From contig RBZT01000419.1 in assembly GCA_003693705.1 (NCBI GenBank), forward strand, positions 1-64,000: 64,000 nt of DNA. Direction: 5' to 3'. Positions 1-13,100 of the stretch are shown piece by piece; position 1 is the stretch's first letter, and each line of letters starts with the position of its first letter. The stretch is from Polymyxa betae A26-41 (Eukaryota; Protista; Endomyxa: Phytomyxea). The notes beneath the pieces were generated by a model, which worked only from the letters and a program-made list of their open reading frames with translations, had not been told where the DNA came from and did not search any database. Made by a program: the position numbers and the translations under genes.

Positions 1-519
1 GGACACCAGTGGCGAGAGTCGGCTCTCCCAGTGGCAATTCGGACTCCGTGGATACTTCCATAGGATCAGTCCGCAGGATCAATCCGCATCGTGGATTGAC
101 CCAGTTTCGTAATTGTCTCAGATTTGAGACAGCTATACTACACAGTCCATACTGGTAGTAATTACTGGTCTTATCGTTTATATAATCAGATAGTACGCAC
201 CATACTGCGTACGGAGGTTTAGAGAACCTCAAATCTGATACACGCGGACGTCGATGCTTTCCAAGGAGCGGCCGGCTCCAATGTCAGGGCGATAGGCTTA
301 CACGGAACACAGTTCCTATTTTCTTTTCCAAATGCGGCTCAGATGCACGGGTTTATCAAATTCCTGATCGGTAAAGGCCACGCCGTGCGATTCTTCCACC
401 TAACGACCGCAGCAGCAGTGCGCGTTTTTTAAAATAAAACAAATGGAATTGAAAGCCTGAAATGTATTGACCCGCATCCGAAAATCTGCTGCTTCGCCAC
501 CGTCGATCCTTGTTCCCAT
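1..519 (-). CDS. 5' part of a hypothetical multi-exon gene running off the left edge
   Basis: ATG at 519 gives MGTRIDGGEAADFRMR, then a GT..TAG intron and in-phase VEESHGVAFTDQEFDKP. A stop-free minus frame of ~95 codons (..MEVSTESELPLGEPTLATGV) continues to base 1. Internal splicing is uncertain and no family was recognised. Confidence 0.35.
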
Positions 520-1189
520 TTTTAACATTTTATCTCTGAATACAATACTATAGTTAGAGTTTATCATTCAAATCACACGATTAGGGCATTGATCATATCT
601 TTCGCTCCATCTCTCGTCTCGTCGTCTCTCTCATTTCACTATTCTTATCCCACCCGATACTTTTTTATCGGTAGTGATATATTCTTATCATATCAAATCA
701 AGATACAAGATAAAGATACAGCAAGGGGGAATTGGGTTAATTGGGATTAGATAGATCAAATATTGTTCTGTTTTCATTTCGCTGATTGTTGCTAATACCT
801 ACATTCATTAATATGATTACAGACCAATCCCGATAAAGATGCTACAATACAAAACCCTAATCCCCCTTAAAACCCCCAAATTTTCCAGCGAAAGAACCCT
901 TCCCATCAATCTCATCGCCTCGTGCGATAATATTTATTCTATCGCCGCCGATTTCAACAAAAATCCCACCCAAGGGGTATTTTTCTTCGCCTCGTACAAT
1001 TTCTCATTTATCCTTAACTGCAATAAAGTTTTGTCAGACGTCTCTTTGCCCGCTGAAGCGTAATCAATGAAAGAGATCGTATGTTACTGCATTTAGCGGA
1101 AACTGCTGTTGGTTTAAACATCAAATTACCCATAATTATGTATTAAAAGTACAACCGTGACAATAGATATTTTTGTGATAAGACATCGT

Positions 1190-4100
1190 TCAGAACCAGG
1201 GATGCCAGGTGGGTGGCATTGCACTGAGATTATCGATGCTAGTGGAAGATTCGACAAGCCGTTGGATCTTAGCATTGATTGAGAGCGGCAATTTACTCGC
1301 CTAAATTGCATTAAGTTCAAAGATCAGGCCAGACATGAAAAAGACAATGCAGCTTTTGAAATAAAAACCAAATTTTCAAGTTAAAATAATTCCAAACAAA
1401 CCTCATTAGGCGGAGGTGTAGTGGGCATCAATGACTGAACCCGAGCAAGAATTTGTGATGTATTGGCTGACACCATCGGCCGCAACTGCTTCTCGAGTTC
1501 ATCAAGGGCATTATCAGAGGTAGCCGGCGATAACGTCACACTCCAGGAGACCAAGTCGTCGCGCAAGTACAAATTCAGATAATTTTTGACAATATGCTGC
1601 CGTCTTAACCAGCAAGCAGCAGACGAAATGAATGCGCTGCTGAACACGCCTAAAAAAAACAGAGCTCTTAGAATCCATCATCTATTAAACTAAACATCGC
1701 AGCAGCAAAGCCTTCGGGCTAGAGCGACCAACATAAAATTTCAGAGCACAAACCTTCGATCAAGAACGGAGTGCAAAATTCGGTGAAGTTGGGAGTCAGG
1801 CGGAACGGTACTGATTCCTGATGATCAATCATATGAGAAGAGGAATAGCTCGGATAGAAATCAGTCTGCATAATTCGGCCAGATTTTCGGGAAAACCAGA
1901 TCTATTTCGACATCAGCTCGAGCTCGTATTAACAATGCAGTCAGATAGAAAATAAACCTTGTGCGGGGCTCGGTCACCGATTCGCAATGCGAAAGTCAAG
2001 AAACTGGTCAGACCCAGCTGCTTGGTGAACTCCATCTTAAAAGCCCACAGAGCATCATACGATCCTAAGGATTTCTCGATGTACGTGGAGAAGGTGTTGG
2101 TCGGGATGTGCAGCTGCATGATACGGCGATGAACATTATGCCTTGCGGCATCGCGCTGATCGTCAACGACGCCGCCCAACTGTTCGTTAGAATTAATAGG
2201 GATATCGTGAATGCTTAAATCGGAACGAACCTGATTTCTGTAAACCGTCAGGGCATCATCCGCATCCATATTCTTTAGAAAACACATGTGCTCGAGGACA
2301 GAGTCTAACGACGCTACGGAAAGATCCGATTCGAATAATCGTAGCCGGTTCGTGAGCGGGATCACCGATGGCACAGAGAAGCACATATTGCTAACCAAAA
2401 CATTATTAGACCGCAATACTATAAACGACAATAAATCTGAAAAATGGAAAGTATGTTAATTATGAAAACCAATAAAAGATCTAAGTCCGTTAAACAAACA
2501 TCAAATGAAATGAAAAATCAACCGTTCTCGAGTCTCCCGTGATTTGAGCATGAGCTGGTTAAGAATACGAGTCATCTGCATCATCCTCTCGTCGCTCTTG
2601 GTTATGTGAGCCACGAAGAACTGCACCAAGAAATACGTCGTGCCACCATCACTACCGATAAACCCTATGACAACCCTTATTAAAAAGAAGCACTCAGTAT
2701 GGCCACAATAATGCTACGTCAATCTCTGAAAATGTCACCATAGAGAAATTGATTAAAATGGCAGCAAATCGCAACATACCAATACGACGGAACGACATTC
2801 CGTTGTGCCTTACAATACCGACTGTCGGCGTGAAGCGTTCAAGCATAATATGGGAGCCGGGGCGAGGTTCATGCCCGTGACCGTACTGGCCAGGGACCTC
2901 GATATGCCGCGCCTCGAACCGAGCCAGGTAGGGTGACAGCCGGATGAGCTGCCGGGAGCGTTCGTCCCGATGCGATTGCGCCACCGAATATCGCAGATAC
3001 GATTTCCACCATTTCAGGCGCCGCATCAGCCGTGTCAACGTCAGAGGGTAGTCGGTGCCTTCGGGGGGCGGCAGAAAATCTTTCAGAAACTTCTCGCGAT
3101 AATGCTCAACGAACTGTTTCAGAATCGGTTTGCAATTGGCCACCGACTGCATAAAGAACTTGGAGCAAACGCGCCGGACGTTATCTGTTAACGACTCCGG
3201 TACTGTGTCCGTGTGCGTTATCGGCTGACGGAAACATTTCACGAACAGGGCTTGTACGGTGGACAGAAGCTCTTCCTGAGGCTCCGGGCGGAAACATCGC
3301 CCAAACTCTTCAAGCATCTTTTCGAGTTCGGCCACCAAATTTAAATGCTGGGTTCGGAGGGCGGTGACGACGGCGCGAACATTTGCTGCCGAACGTTCGG
3401 CGGGTTGTTCAGCGTTGGAATTCGGTGACATCGGATCGGAGCCCTGAGCTTGCGTCTGCTGCATTCTTTGTAGATCACGACGTTCGTGAAGGTAAGCACG
3501 TATGCCGTAGTAAAGCGCCTGAGGGAAAGCACGTGCGACGTTCTGGAGAATGGCAGTGAAAGCTGTGCCTTCATGGCGAGGGAGGGATGCAATTAACTGA
3601 GGCAGCCATAGAAGCCAGACCCAAACAGGAAGGTCGGCCGCGTACTTCTTGAAAACAGAGTTTAGCGGACCGTCGTTCTTGTCGTACGACATTAACCAGA
3701 GGACACGTGCTAGCATGAGACGGGCTTTATCGCTGGAGTGGAAGCGGACGGCTTGCAAATAACAGGAGATCGTATACTCGGCCCATTGCCGGTCCTTCTG
3801 CAGCCCGAACAGCTGATCACAGAAAGCGCCCCATGACAACCACCCCTAAAAAGACATTTCAGATTCAATAAAAGCAGCATGAATATAAAAACACGGAATT
3901 GGGACAAAGACAAAAAGAGAAGAAACGTCCTGAACTAAGAGAGAGGAGCAGCTGTTTTGAAAACGAACGCAAAAGCGATATTTGTACCTTCCCATAATCA
4001 TCACTGATGGCTAAGGCCGACGAGAAAGCGGTATGCGAGTCCTCACCGAGACCGAGATGTTCTAAAGCTTCACCTTTCAACCTGAACAGTTCCGCACATT

Positions 4101-7100
4101 GTTCGGGAGTAAATCTCTCCATCGAGCTCAGATTAAGTAGTGACACAGCCGAGCGTATTTCGTCGGCTGATTGCATGCACACCCGGACTTGCTCACGAAT
4201 TTTCGCGAACGCATCGGCAGGAGAAAGCGAATTTGGAGACACAGCCAGAAGTTGGGTCAGCCAAGTCAAACATACCTACACTCAGCAATGAACATATGAC
4301 AGAATAAAAATAGATTGACTAGCGAAGTAACAGAGAGAAAAGATAGCAACAATGAATAAAGCGCAATAAGGGATTGTAGGTGTCATGGCTACAACAATTC
4401 CATTGATGGGAAGAAAACAGCCCGACCTGAGGCAGTTGCTGACGACGGGCGGTTTCTGCCATTTTTACAATGGTCCAAGTGGGATCGGCCAGATTGATGA
4501 GATCATTGTGCGGAGGAGTATCTGGAATCTGATTTGCAGACAGAGGTCGGAATGCCGTCAAAAGCCGGTTAAAGACGTGCATGCGAGTAGTCATGATTTC
4601 GTTCCAGACGATAACTGAATCCCTACAAATCACAGACTTAATCGCAACAGCAAAAAAAAGAACGACGGCATTTCAGCAATTATAGATCGAATCAACAAGA
4701 ATAACGAAGATTCTAAAGACAAGCGCGGAACTGAATTACCACGGATTCGGGAGACGATCTCTCCATGACGTCAGGCCGTTCTTGAAGTCGGGAATGCGGT
4801 TCGCTTTCCACGATTTTCCTGCTTCTTCCAGCATAACGCGACATTCACGCATCTCGACCAGTTGCTGGAATCGGGCCAATAAATCGACGTGCCCGTTCCC
4901 AATCATGGACGGACGGCGCGACCATTCCTGCCAACAATGAATCGGTACAGCTCTGCGGAAACAACCAGAATTCGACTTATAGAAAATCAACACAGCATAC
5001 GGTGAACGAATGGTTAGAAATAATAATGACCGAGTTCAAAAGTATTGCCAAATGAAGTGAAAACAGCGAGCGCGGCTTTACTGACCTGGAGAGCAACATC
5101 AATAGACCGATCCAATGTGGTGTTTTGTTTGATTGTAATTCGTTGTAAGGCCACCGATTGAGGAACCGGAGCGCCTCCATCAACGACTATCTCGTCATTG
5201 CTGGACCCCGGTAAATTTTTATTGTCCTCAAGGTGCAGCACGAGCTGCGCTTGCTGATGCAACAACACCTGCAAACGATACAAGAGCCCTTTGATAGAGA
5301 CTGTGGGCTGTGAGTCGAGACTGTAGGGCTCGAGCAGTTTCTCCAACTGCACAGCATCGCCGGACAGCGATGCCGACTCGATAACAAGATCGGGACGGGA
5401 GAGATGGGCGAAGACATCACCGAGCTGTGACCATTGATGAAGGTACCGAGAAGATTTCAGCCATTCTTGCTCCCAGAGTAACGATTCGTCAGCAATGGGA
5501 ACCACAGCGTCGGATCTACAATCCATACGTTAAATATTGAAACGCAGAAACAGTAAACGTCACGAGCGAAAAAATGAAAGCAATGGGGCGTGGAAGATGA
5601 AAACAATGAGCAACTTAAAAAAGTTGTCTCATCATTAACAAGCTCCTGAGACGCACGAAATAACCTAGCAACATATCAAGCAGATAGACAGCCGCAAATC
5701 GAAACACAATGACACGAAATGAGAACAGCACAAGAGTTCAGACCCGGGTTCATGAATAGAACGCATAGCGTTATAAAACTCTTCTTGGGCCCTCGGCCAC
5801 AGCCCATACTGCTCAAGAGCCATCGCTGCACCAGTGAATGCTGAAGAGCATCGGACCTGATATATTCCAGCAACCACATCTCGTTCATTGAGATCATTCT
5901 GGAGCTCGACTAAAGCGCGAATAGCTAGATGATCCTCGATCCCTAAGAAAGGTTAAGCAAACAATGTGGACAAACAGTACCCGCCCCAGCAATGAGACCA
6001 AAAATGAAAAAAGAATCCCAGATAAAAAAAAAAAACAGAAAACCTCAGCAATCAATGTCAAGCAACTCAAGGGCATGCAGCAAGGTCGAAACAACCAACG
6101 TGCTCGCAACAGTAAAATGTCTGGTACCAGAAAAGATCTGCCTTTCAAGAAGGCGGCTGGCACTATGCCAGACACCATATGTACGACCAAGATAAGACAA
6201 CAGCTCAGGTCGGAGCTCCACCGCCTGCTCCGAGCGTTCAAACGCAGAGAGCAAAGTCACCACAGTATTCGGACGGCATCGTGTTTGTTTGAGCAAATCG
6301 TCTCGCGGCAGCAAGCGCGAAGCGATGCTACAAAGTTGCGAACGCTCAACAGGGTCCAGCGCCGCCCAGGCCAATGGGAATGCGTTGAGGAATGTCATCT
6401 CGGCGAGCTCGTCATCCACCAAGGTGATGCGCGAAAGCGCCGTAACGAAGGGCGTCGGATCGAAATGAACCAGTTCGGACGCGAATTCCGAATTGGCCAA
6501 CAACGAATTCGTCTGCATCGTGGACAGACAGCGATTTGCAGATTGTTGCGATTTCAGGTCGCCGATTTCTATCAGTGTCGTACTATCCGCGCAGAGCTGC
6601 AGCGGTTGTGTGGAGAGAATAATTGACAATATCAGCTCGTTGCTAGAAAGGAACCAGAGTCAGAGACGGAGAGTGATGGATCCCATAAAAGAAAACAGCA
6701 GAAACCCGGTATAATGAGAAGTGCTTTGCAAAAAGAAACTAGAAGCATGAGCACAAACGCAAGAGAAGCTGAACCTTCTTGAATGAAACCTATTAAACCT
6801 ACGAACCCGGGTGCAAGCCAGTATCGGTCATGTACGGCAGACCATCCACTGTACTCAAGCAGGAACTGTAAGCGCGACAAAATGGAAGACCCAGCCCAAG
6901 TGTGGATTGCAGTGATCATACGTTGGAACATGGACGGTGATCCCGATCGGAGCAATCCTAAGATCGGCCGTGCCAACCCTGTTGCACAAGAAGCAAAACG
7001 TCAGAAGATTCAATGACTACGTAATTTCACCGACCTCTGAAAAGCTCCACACGAATCATAGCGTTGGCATTCTCGTGACGTTCCAAGATTGAGAGCACAG

Positions 7101-10100
7101 CGCCATTTATACAATCAATAACGTCCCGGTCGTCGAAAGATTCCTCGATTCTAGAGAGACGAACAAGAAGACCAACCTATAAACATTTTGGCAAAAGCAG
7201 TGGCAGAAGATAAGACCAGTGAAAATTCAAAAGAAGAAAGGAATGAACTGCAGTGTTAAAGTGAATCTCCGCAAATTTCTGTAGGCAAGGAGCAGAAAAA
7301 GCCAAGGAATACCTTCTCTTTGATAGACAAATCGGGTAATGCTCCATTTGCTGCCGATATCCAGGAGCAAGTCATTTTTACAACATCGCGTAAGATCATA
7401 ACGTCATCACATTTTTCGATCAGATTGGCGACAGTTGATAGTATTTGTTTGCGTTGCTCCCGCAGATGCTGGGCGCGATTTGCAATCAGCCTGGTCGCAC
7501 AAAGCAGCGCGACCGAATCGTTCACCACACCCGACATTGCCGGATTTTGCTTTGTGGCAGCTGGACGATTCTGAAAACATTTTTAAAAAATGATATTTGG
7601 CATTATTCAACCCACGAAGATGGTTTGAAAAATAACATGTGCATCTCAGCAGTCAATAATTTTGTTGGGGAAAATCTGATACCACAAACAAGAGTAGAAG
7701 AGAAAAGCAAACAAGTGGAAATATCTGACAAAGAAAGCATACAGCGAGACAGCGACGAGCCAGGGTATGGAAGGCGGCGCTCAACGCAGGATTGAGCGAC
7801 ATCATATAAGCTGGTGAACGCGAAGAGATGATTTCTAGGGAGGCCAATGCTAAATGCAGAACGAAAACGTCTTTTTGTTGCACGCCATTTTGAATAGCGT
7901 TATGTAGACCAGCGTACAATTCGGGCGACGAATCAGCAACCGGCACCAACGACTCCAGCCTTCTCAAAAGAGCCAAGAACGGGTCTAAAAGGGGGACAAC
8001 ATCTGGAAACTCAAACAGACGGCAAATAACGCGATCAAACACAGAGAGACGTTCTGGAGTTTCTTGTAAAAACGCCAAATCTCGCGCCGACAGCAATGTA
8101 TCCAGCAGCAGCAGCAGTGTTCGTAATGAATCCGCCTCTAGACGTCCGTCAGAGAACTTATCGACCGCAGCGAACGAGGCATGGGGCCATTCACGAGCGA
8201 CAAGAGCAATGGTTGCAAGAAGCCGTTTGAGAGGCGCCTCTGTGCTCGGGGGATGGTTTGCGTATGTCGCGTAAACGTGCAATAAGGCGTTCACGATGGA
8301 TGTGATGCTCGGCAACGAAGCTGTCCACGATGATCCCTTAATAATTCGTGGTGATGATGAACGTGACGACACGCGACGGTGAACCTTTTGACGTTTGGGC
8401 GATGATGGTCCGCTGACTGAAACGTTCCACGAAACCAACTGTTCAGTCATGTCGACAACAAGGACAGCATCCGATCTTAATAACGTAAGCGACCCGGCGA
8501 GGGCGTCGCAGAGACACTGAGAATGGTGCGAAAAGATCGGCGCTAGACGCAAAACGTGGCCGCAAACCTCGCGGGCATTTGCTGTAGATCGCAAAGCGAA
8601 TGCAGAAAGGAATCCCAACCATTCGGGCAAACTCGGCAGCAACTCCAACAGCAAAAACTCGTCATCGTTCGGGCAAACGAAAATGTTTGAGTTCTCGTGG
8701 GGAGTTTCTAGCGGATCAGAAGGAAACTGCTCCCAGTGTTCATGGAAAAATTCGGCCAAGGTGTCCATAGCGTGGCGTGCAGATTCCGACTTGTGCAAAG
8801 CAGCGGTTCGTAGACTGTGCCAAGAGATATGTAAGCACCCCAAAATGACCAAGAGGCAGTTAGTTGCGCCTTACCATCTGACGTACAGGCCCAGGTAGGC
8901 CGATCTTTTGACCTCTTTGGACAGGACTGATGCCATAACAAGAAGACGAAGGGCGGATAGGTTAAAGGAGATGGGGATCTGCGCCTTCTGCTCACAGTTG
9001 GAGCGGGCGAATGCAATCAGCGGGTGGATGTATTTGTTGGGGCGGACCAAGTCGGGATCTTTCTCAAGCAATTCGCAAAGCAGCTGGATGATGAGCTCTC
9101 GAACCTGCCATGAATGACGTTCGTCTAAGCACGATTCGAACAGACGCGGCATGAGTAGGTTGAATGCAGCCTATGCAAGCTTAGATCAGTTCCGTATGAA
9201 CAACGACCTCTTATGTTGCAGATTCGCAAAGACGGGCGCATATAAAACCCAAAAAAACAGCTTCCAATTTACAAATCGCGATAAATATTGATCAGAAAAT
9301 AAACAGAACTAAGCAGACTGAGTTATATTGCGAAGCAGTAAAAGAAACGAGAACTTCTTGCATAATTGTGCCCTTTTTGGTAACAGAATAGCTATTTAAA
9401 AGAAGGCCAAAAATAGAAATGCTTCAAAGGACGTGTAATAACAAGCGATGAATGTACTTACGACCCTGACACCACGTTCGCTGCGCTGCTTAAAAGCGGG
9501 TATGATCAACGAGCGAAGACCGGCTTTTCGTTCCAGGTCAGAATAAGGAGACGAAGCAGGTAAAACATTTGAGAAAAAATCTCGAGCGATCTGCTGCAAT
9601 CTGGCCGAGCTGATCTCAACAGCGACGTCGATAGAGAAGAACCGATGCAAAAATGAGAAATCGACGATGGCGCGGCAATCCACGGCCGATAGCAGCATCC
9701 ACAGAATGTTTGTCGGTAGTTGTGAATTCGCCCCGGATTGCTCCATTTTCGCATTCCAATCTAACCATATTTCACATGATCAGCGATGCTCTAAACGTTA
9801 ATGAGCAAAACGGAGAGAAAAACGCAGGAGCGTGATACTAATATTACGAGGAAGGCAAGCAGTGAAAGGTTAACAGCAGTACTGGAAACAAATGGTACCA
9901 CGCAGACAAAACAATAACAAAAGCAAGACGAGGACCGACATGTGACAAGACAGTGAGCCAGTCTTTGGCGTTTGATGACTTTTTCAATGGGAGTATCGGC
10001 GCCGATTGGCAGCGACGCTGGAGACATCCATGAATTCGCCAAGGCGTCGACGACTCGTGAAGCATCCGTCTGGCCCAACCACGACGGAGAATAATGCGAT

Positions 10101-13100
10101 AGTTGGTAGACGATGTTCACGCCCTGAAGCTCGAGCTCTTCGACTGCCTTTTCGGGGATTGCACGCCGAGGTACTGCAGGCTCAGTCTCTTCAGACCCTA
10201 ATATCATAGTTTGAAAGAAGAAGGAGCAAAAACATAAGATTCCAGTGAGACAAGGAAAACCCCTAAGCGAGAGGGAAAAAACTTAGGAAATGTACACTGA
10301 GATCAGAAATTCCAAAAAAAAAACGATCCGATTCGAACGAAAGAACGGAAATAAAAATTGAAACCAAATCGAAGACAAAATGAAACCTTCGTCAATCTGC
10401 ATGCTGTCCATCGATTGTTGTGATCTTCTTTGAGATTGCATCTGATTGGTCTGCGTCTGCTGTGATTGCTCAATATTGAAAGAAGCAGCTAACAGTTGAT
10501 CGCTCAGCGCAATCAGAGTATCGCAAACAGTCGCACCCTCCTCGGAAGACAAAATTTCCAAAAACAGTTGGGATAGGCGCCGGTCAACCAAATTTTTCGG
10601 GGTCAGGAAAAACGCAACGGATTCGGCTGCGTATGTGCAAATGAACCGCATCAGAGGAGCACGGAAAGGACTCGGATGCCCCACGCCATGCCCTCCGAAA
10701 GCCCTTAGCAGAGGGAGCATTGATTCCAACGATACAACAGCCATAACGAGTTTGGTGAGAAATTGCCTGGGGGCCGGCGGTAGGCGGTGAAACAAATCCA
10801 ACAGGCGGCACGGAAGGCGAATCTCGTCACCCGGTTGGCGAATGGCCGGCAGCGAAACAGACGCTTGCGGCATTGTGAGCATCTGTTTCAGAGCCTCGCT
10901 GAAGAAAAAAAGATGATCTAGCAAAGTACGACCGAGAGTGACGTTGAAACAATGGGCCAACAACTGCAGGAGATGTTCAAGCAGAGTCAAAAGAGGCATT
11001 GAAAGTGTCGGCGGCTCGGCTAGATTACGAAGGACAGGCTCGAGACAGTTCCGGAGAAGGGTCTTGGGCATCTTGTGCTGGCGGCAGAGCATGGCCAGAC
11101 CACGTTTGGCGGCATTCACGACACGCACACCTGAACTGCGATCGACCATGGCATTAAATAATGATTGCACCACTGCATTCCGAAGGTCGTCGTTCCAGGA
11201 CAGAGACGTGCAAGAAACAGTGATGGACATCAGCGATATATATTCCACCTGGTTAAAGATTAAGAAAAAGTAATGAGAAAGACGCTCAACAGCTCAAAAG
11301 CTTCAGCGCAAAAACGCACCTGAAGTCGAACAACGTCGCGTCCCTTAGTCCGGGCAGCACGGCCGGATTTGATGTTTTCGATGGCGTCAGCAACAACCGT
11401 AGCTAACTGGTCAGCAGGGGCCAGGTTTGGGTTTAACCTTAAGGCAAGAGCCGCCGACCAAACATGGCCGACACGCATTGAAGGTGCCACTTTCGCAAGA
11501 GTTCGCTGAAGAACCGGCTCGGCCAAAGCCGGCAGATGCGCATCGAGAATGGCAGCGGCTGAGACGCCCTGCAAGGCTGAAATGCGCTCTAAACAGCGAA
11601 GAGCGACATTTCGAGCGAACCACGATGGATCTGTCAAAAACGCTGCGAACCGGGTCGTCAGGGCTCCGTTCAATACGGAATCGACCGTACTGGCCTCAAT
11701 AACTTGCTGCAGCGTCTCTTCAGCGACCTGCATGACATGGAGCGCAGACTGGCTCTGGATCGGGGGGTCATCGGCATCAAGGCCGACTTCCCCGGTTGGC
11801 GTGAAAAAATCATCGACTTCATTCTCTGGGTCGAACCAACGGGTTTGCTGGAACGAGACAATCTCTTCTGACAGGGTCGCCATCAAGGCGTCGATGATAT
11901 CAGGCCCTTGTGTCTGAAGCCAGCGCGGTGGCAAGCGAGCACATAAAACACTCAGACCACTGACACCAGCACTTCGCATAATGATGGAGCGGTCTTGACA
12001 AATAACGGCGAACTTCTGCAAAAGAACATCGACGGCGGCGCTGGTAGCAGTTTCATCAACGCCATACAACAAACTCATCTCGTCCAAGAACGAGGCCATT
12101 GTACTCAGAACCGTATTTGAAATAGCAGTGGAGGTGAACGCAGCAGGCGTGGTCAAGCAATAGACCAATGACTTCAGAAAGATTACGCGATCGGTATCAA
12201 CGAAAGCAAAGAATCGAGAAAGGCGTTCAAGATAGTCGAAGGCAGCATGATCGCGAGAAGCCAACGTGAACAATCCGAGAAAAAGCGTTTGCGCTGCCGA
12301 ATCGAGCGCATCGAAACGGGGCCGGCGACGAAACGCCAGCACCATTTCTTGTTCGTTCGTATCTGTTGGCGTAACCAATTCGGGCTCGGATCGAGTTGGC
12401 GCAGGGCGTGGTGTCTCTTGAGGTAATTGCTCCAAAGGAAAAGTGATATCGGGTGGGACTTGGAATAAGATGGCAATCAAAGACTGCAGGAAAGGAAGGG
12501 CATGAGAGTCCAGCGAAGTTCCAGATGAGATTCGAGAAACTACAAGCTCCGCAATGCTCGTCATGGAGAGCGAGGTTCGATTGCCGCAGATTGCATTGAC
12601 ACGAAGTGGAAGACCTTCGTGGACATTGCTGGAGTATGGGATATCCATCGTCTCGACGAGGAAACGGCGATTACGACCCCCAAGTTTGCCCAAAAGCAGC
12701 AGCGCCTAAAGTAATTTGAGCTGTGGGACAATATTGGATCAAAAGAGCATCCAAAATTGGCAGAAAGACCACAAAAACAATGTGACAGCCTAGCAAAACC
12801 GCAACATTGGAGGAGCAAAAACAATGCTAGAAAAAGAAGGGAACGGGCGTTCAGGCAAAACCGGTTGAGAACCGACCACTGAGCCAAACGGCGCTGGAGT
12901 TGGCTTCAGAAGAGCGCACAGAGCCCTCATGGCAGAGCATATATCACCGGATAGGTGATCGAATAGATAATCGTGATTCAGCTTATCGACCCAGAATTCG
13001 AACGTTCGCAGACCAACTTTGACGACTTGTTCGTCGGCGGATTGCAGAGCACGAACCACAGACCTAAATAAATTCAACAGATAGACGAGACAAAAAACAT

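Noticed and set aside
223-432. Plus-strand 69-codon stop-free stretch (..FIKFLIGKGHAVRFF..) as a terminal exon
   Set aside because: No convincing upstream exon or family; the minus-strand model from ATG 519 has better splice support.
1381-1401. TRRAP apparently ending at ..NEVCLELF* without a FATC domain
   Set aside because: That is read-through into intron 1401-1301; the real FATC exon is 1300-1190.
5964-6626. 220-aa basic plus-strand ORF and many similar short ORFs across 2970-16350
   Set aside because: Antisense or alternative-frame shadows of TRRAP exons and T-rich introns.
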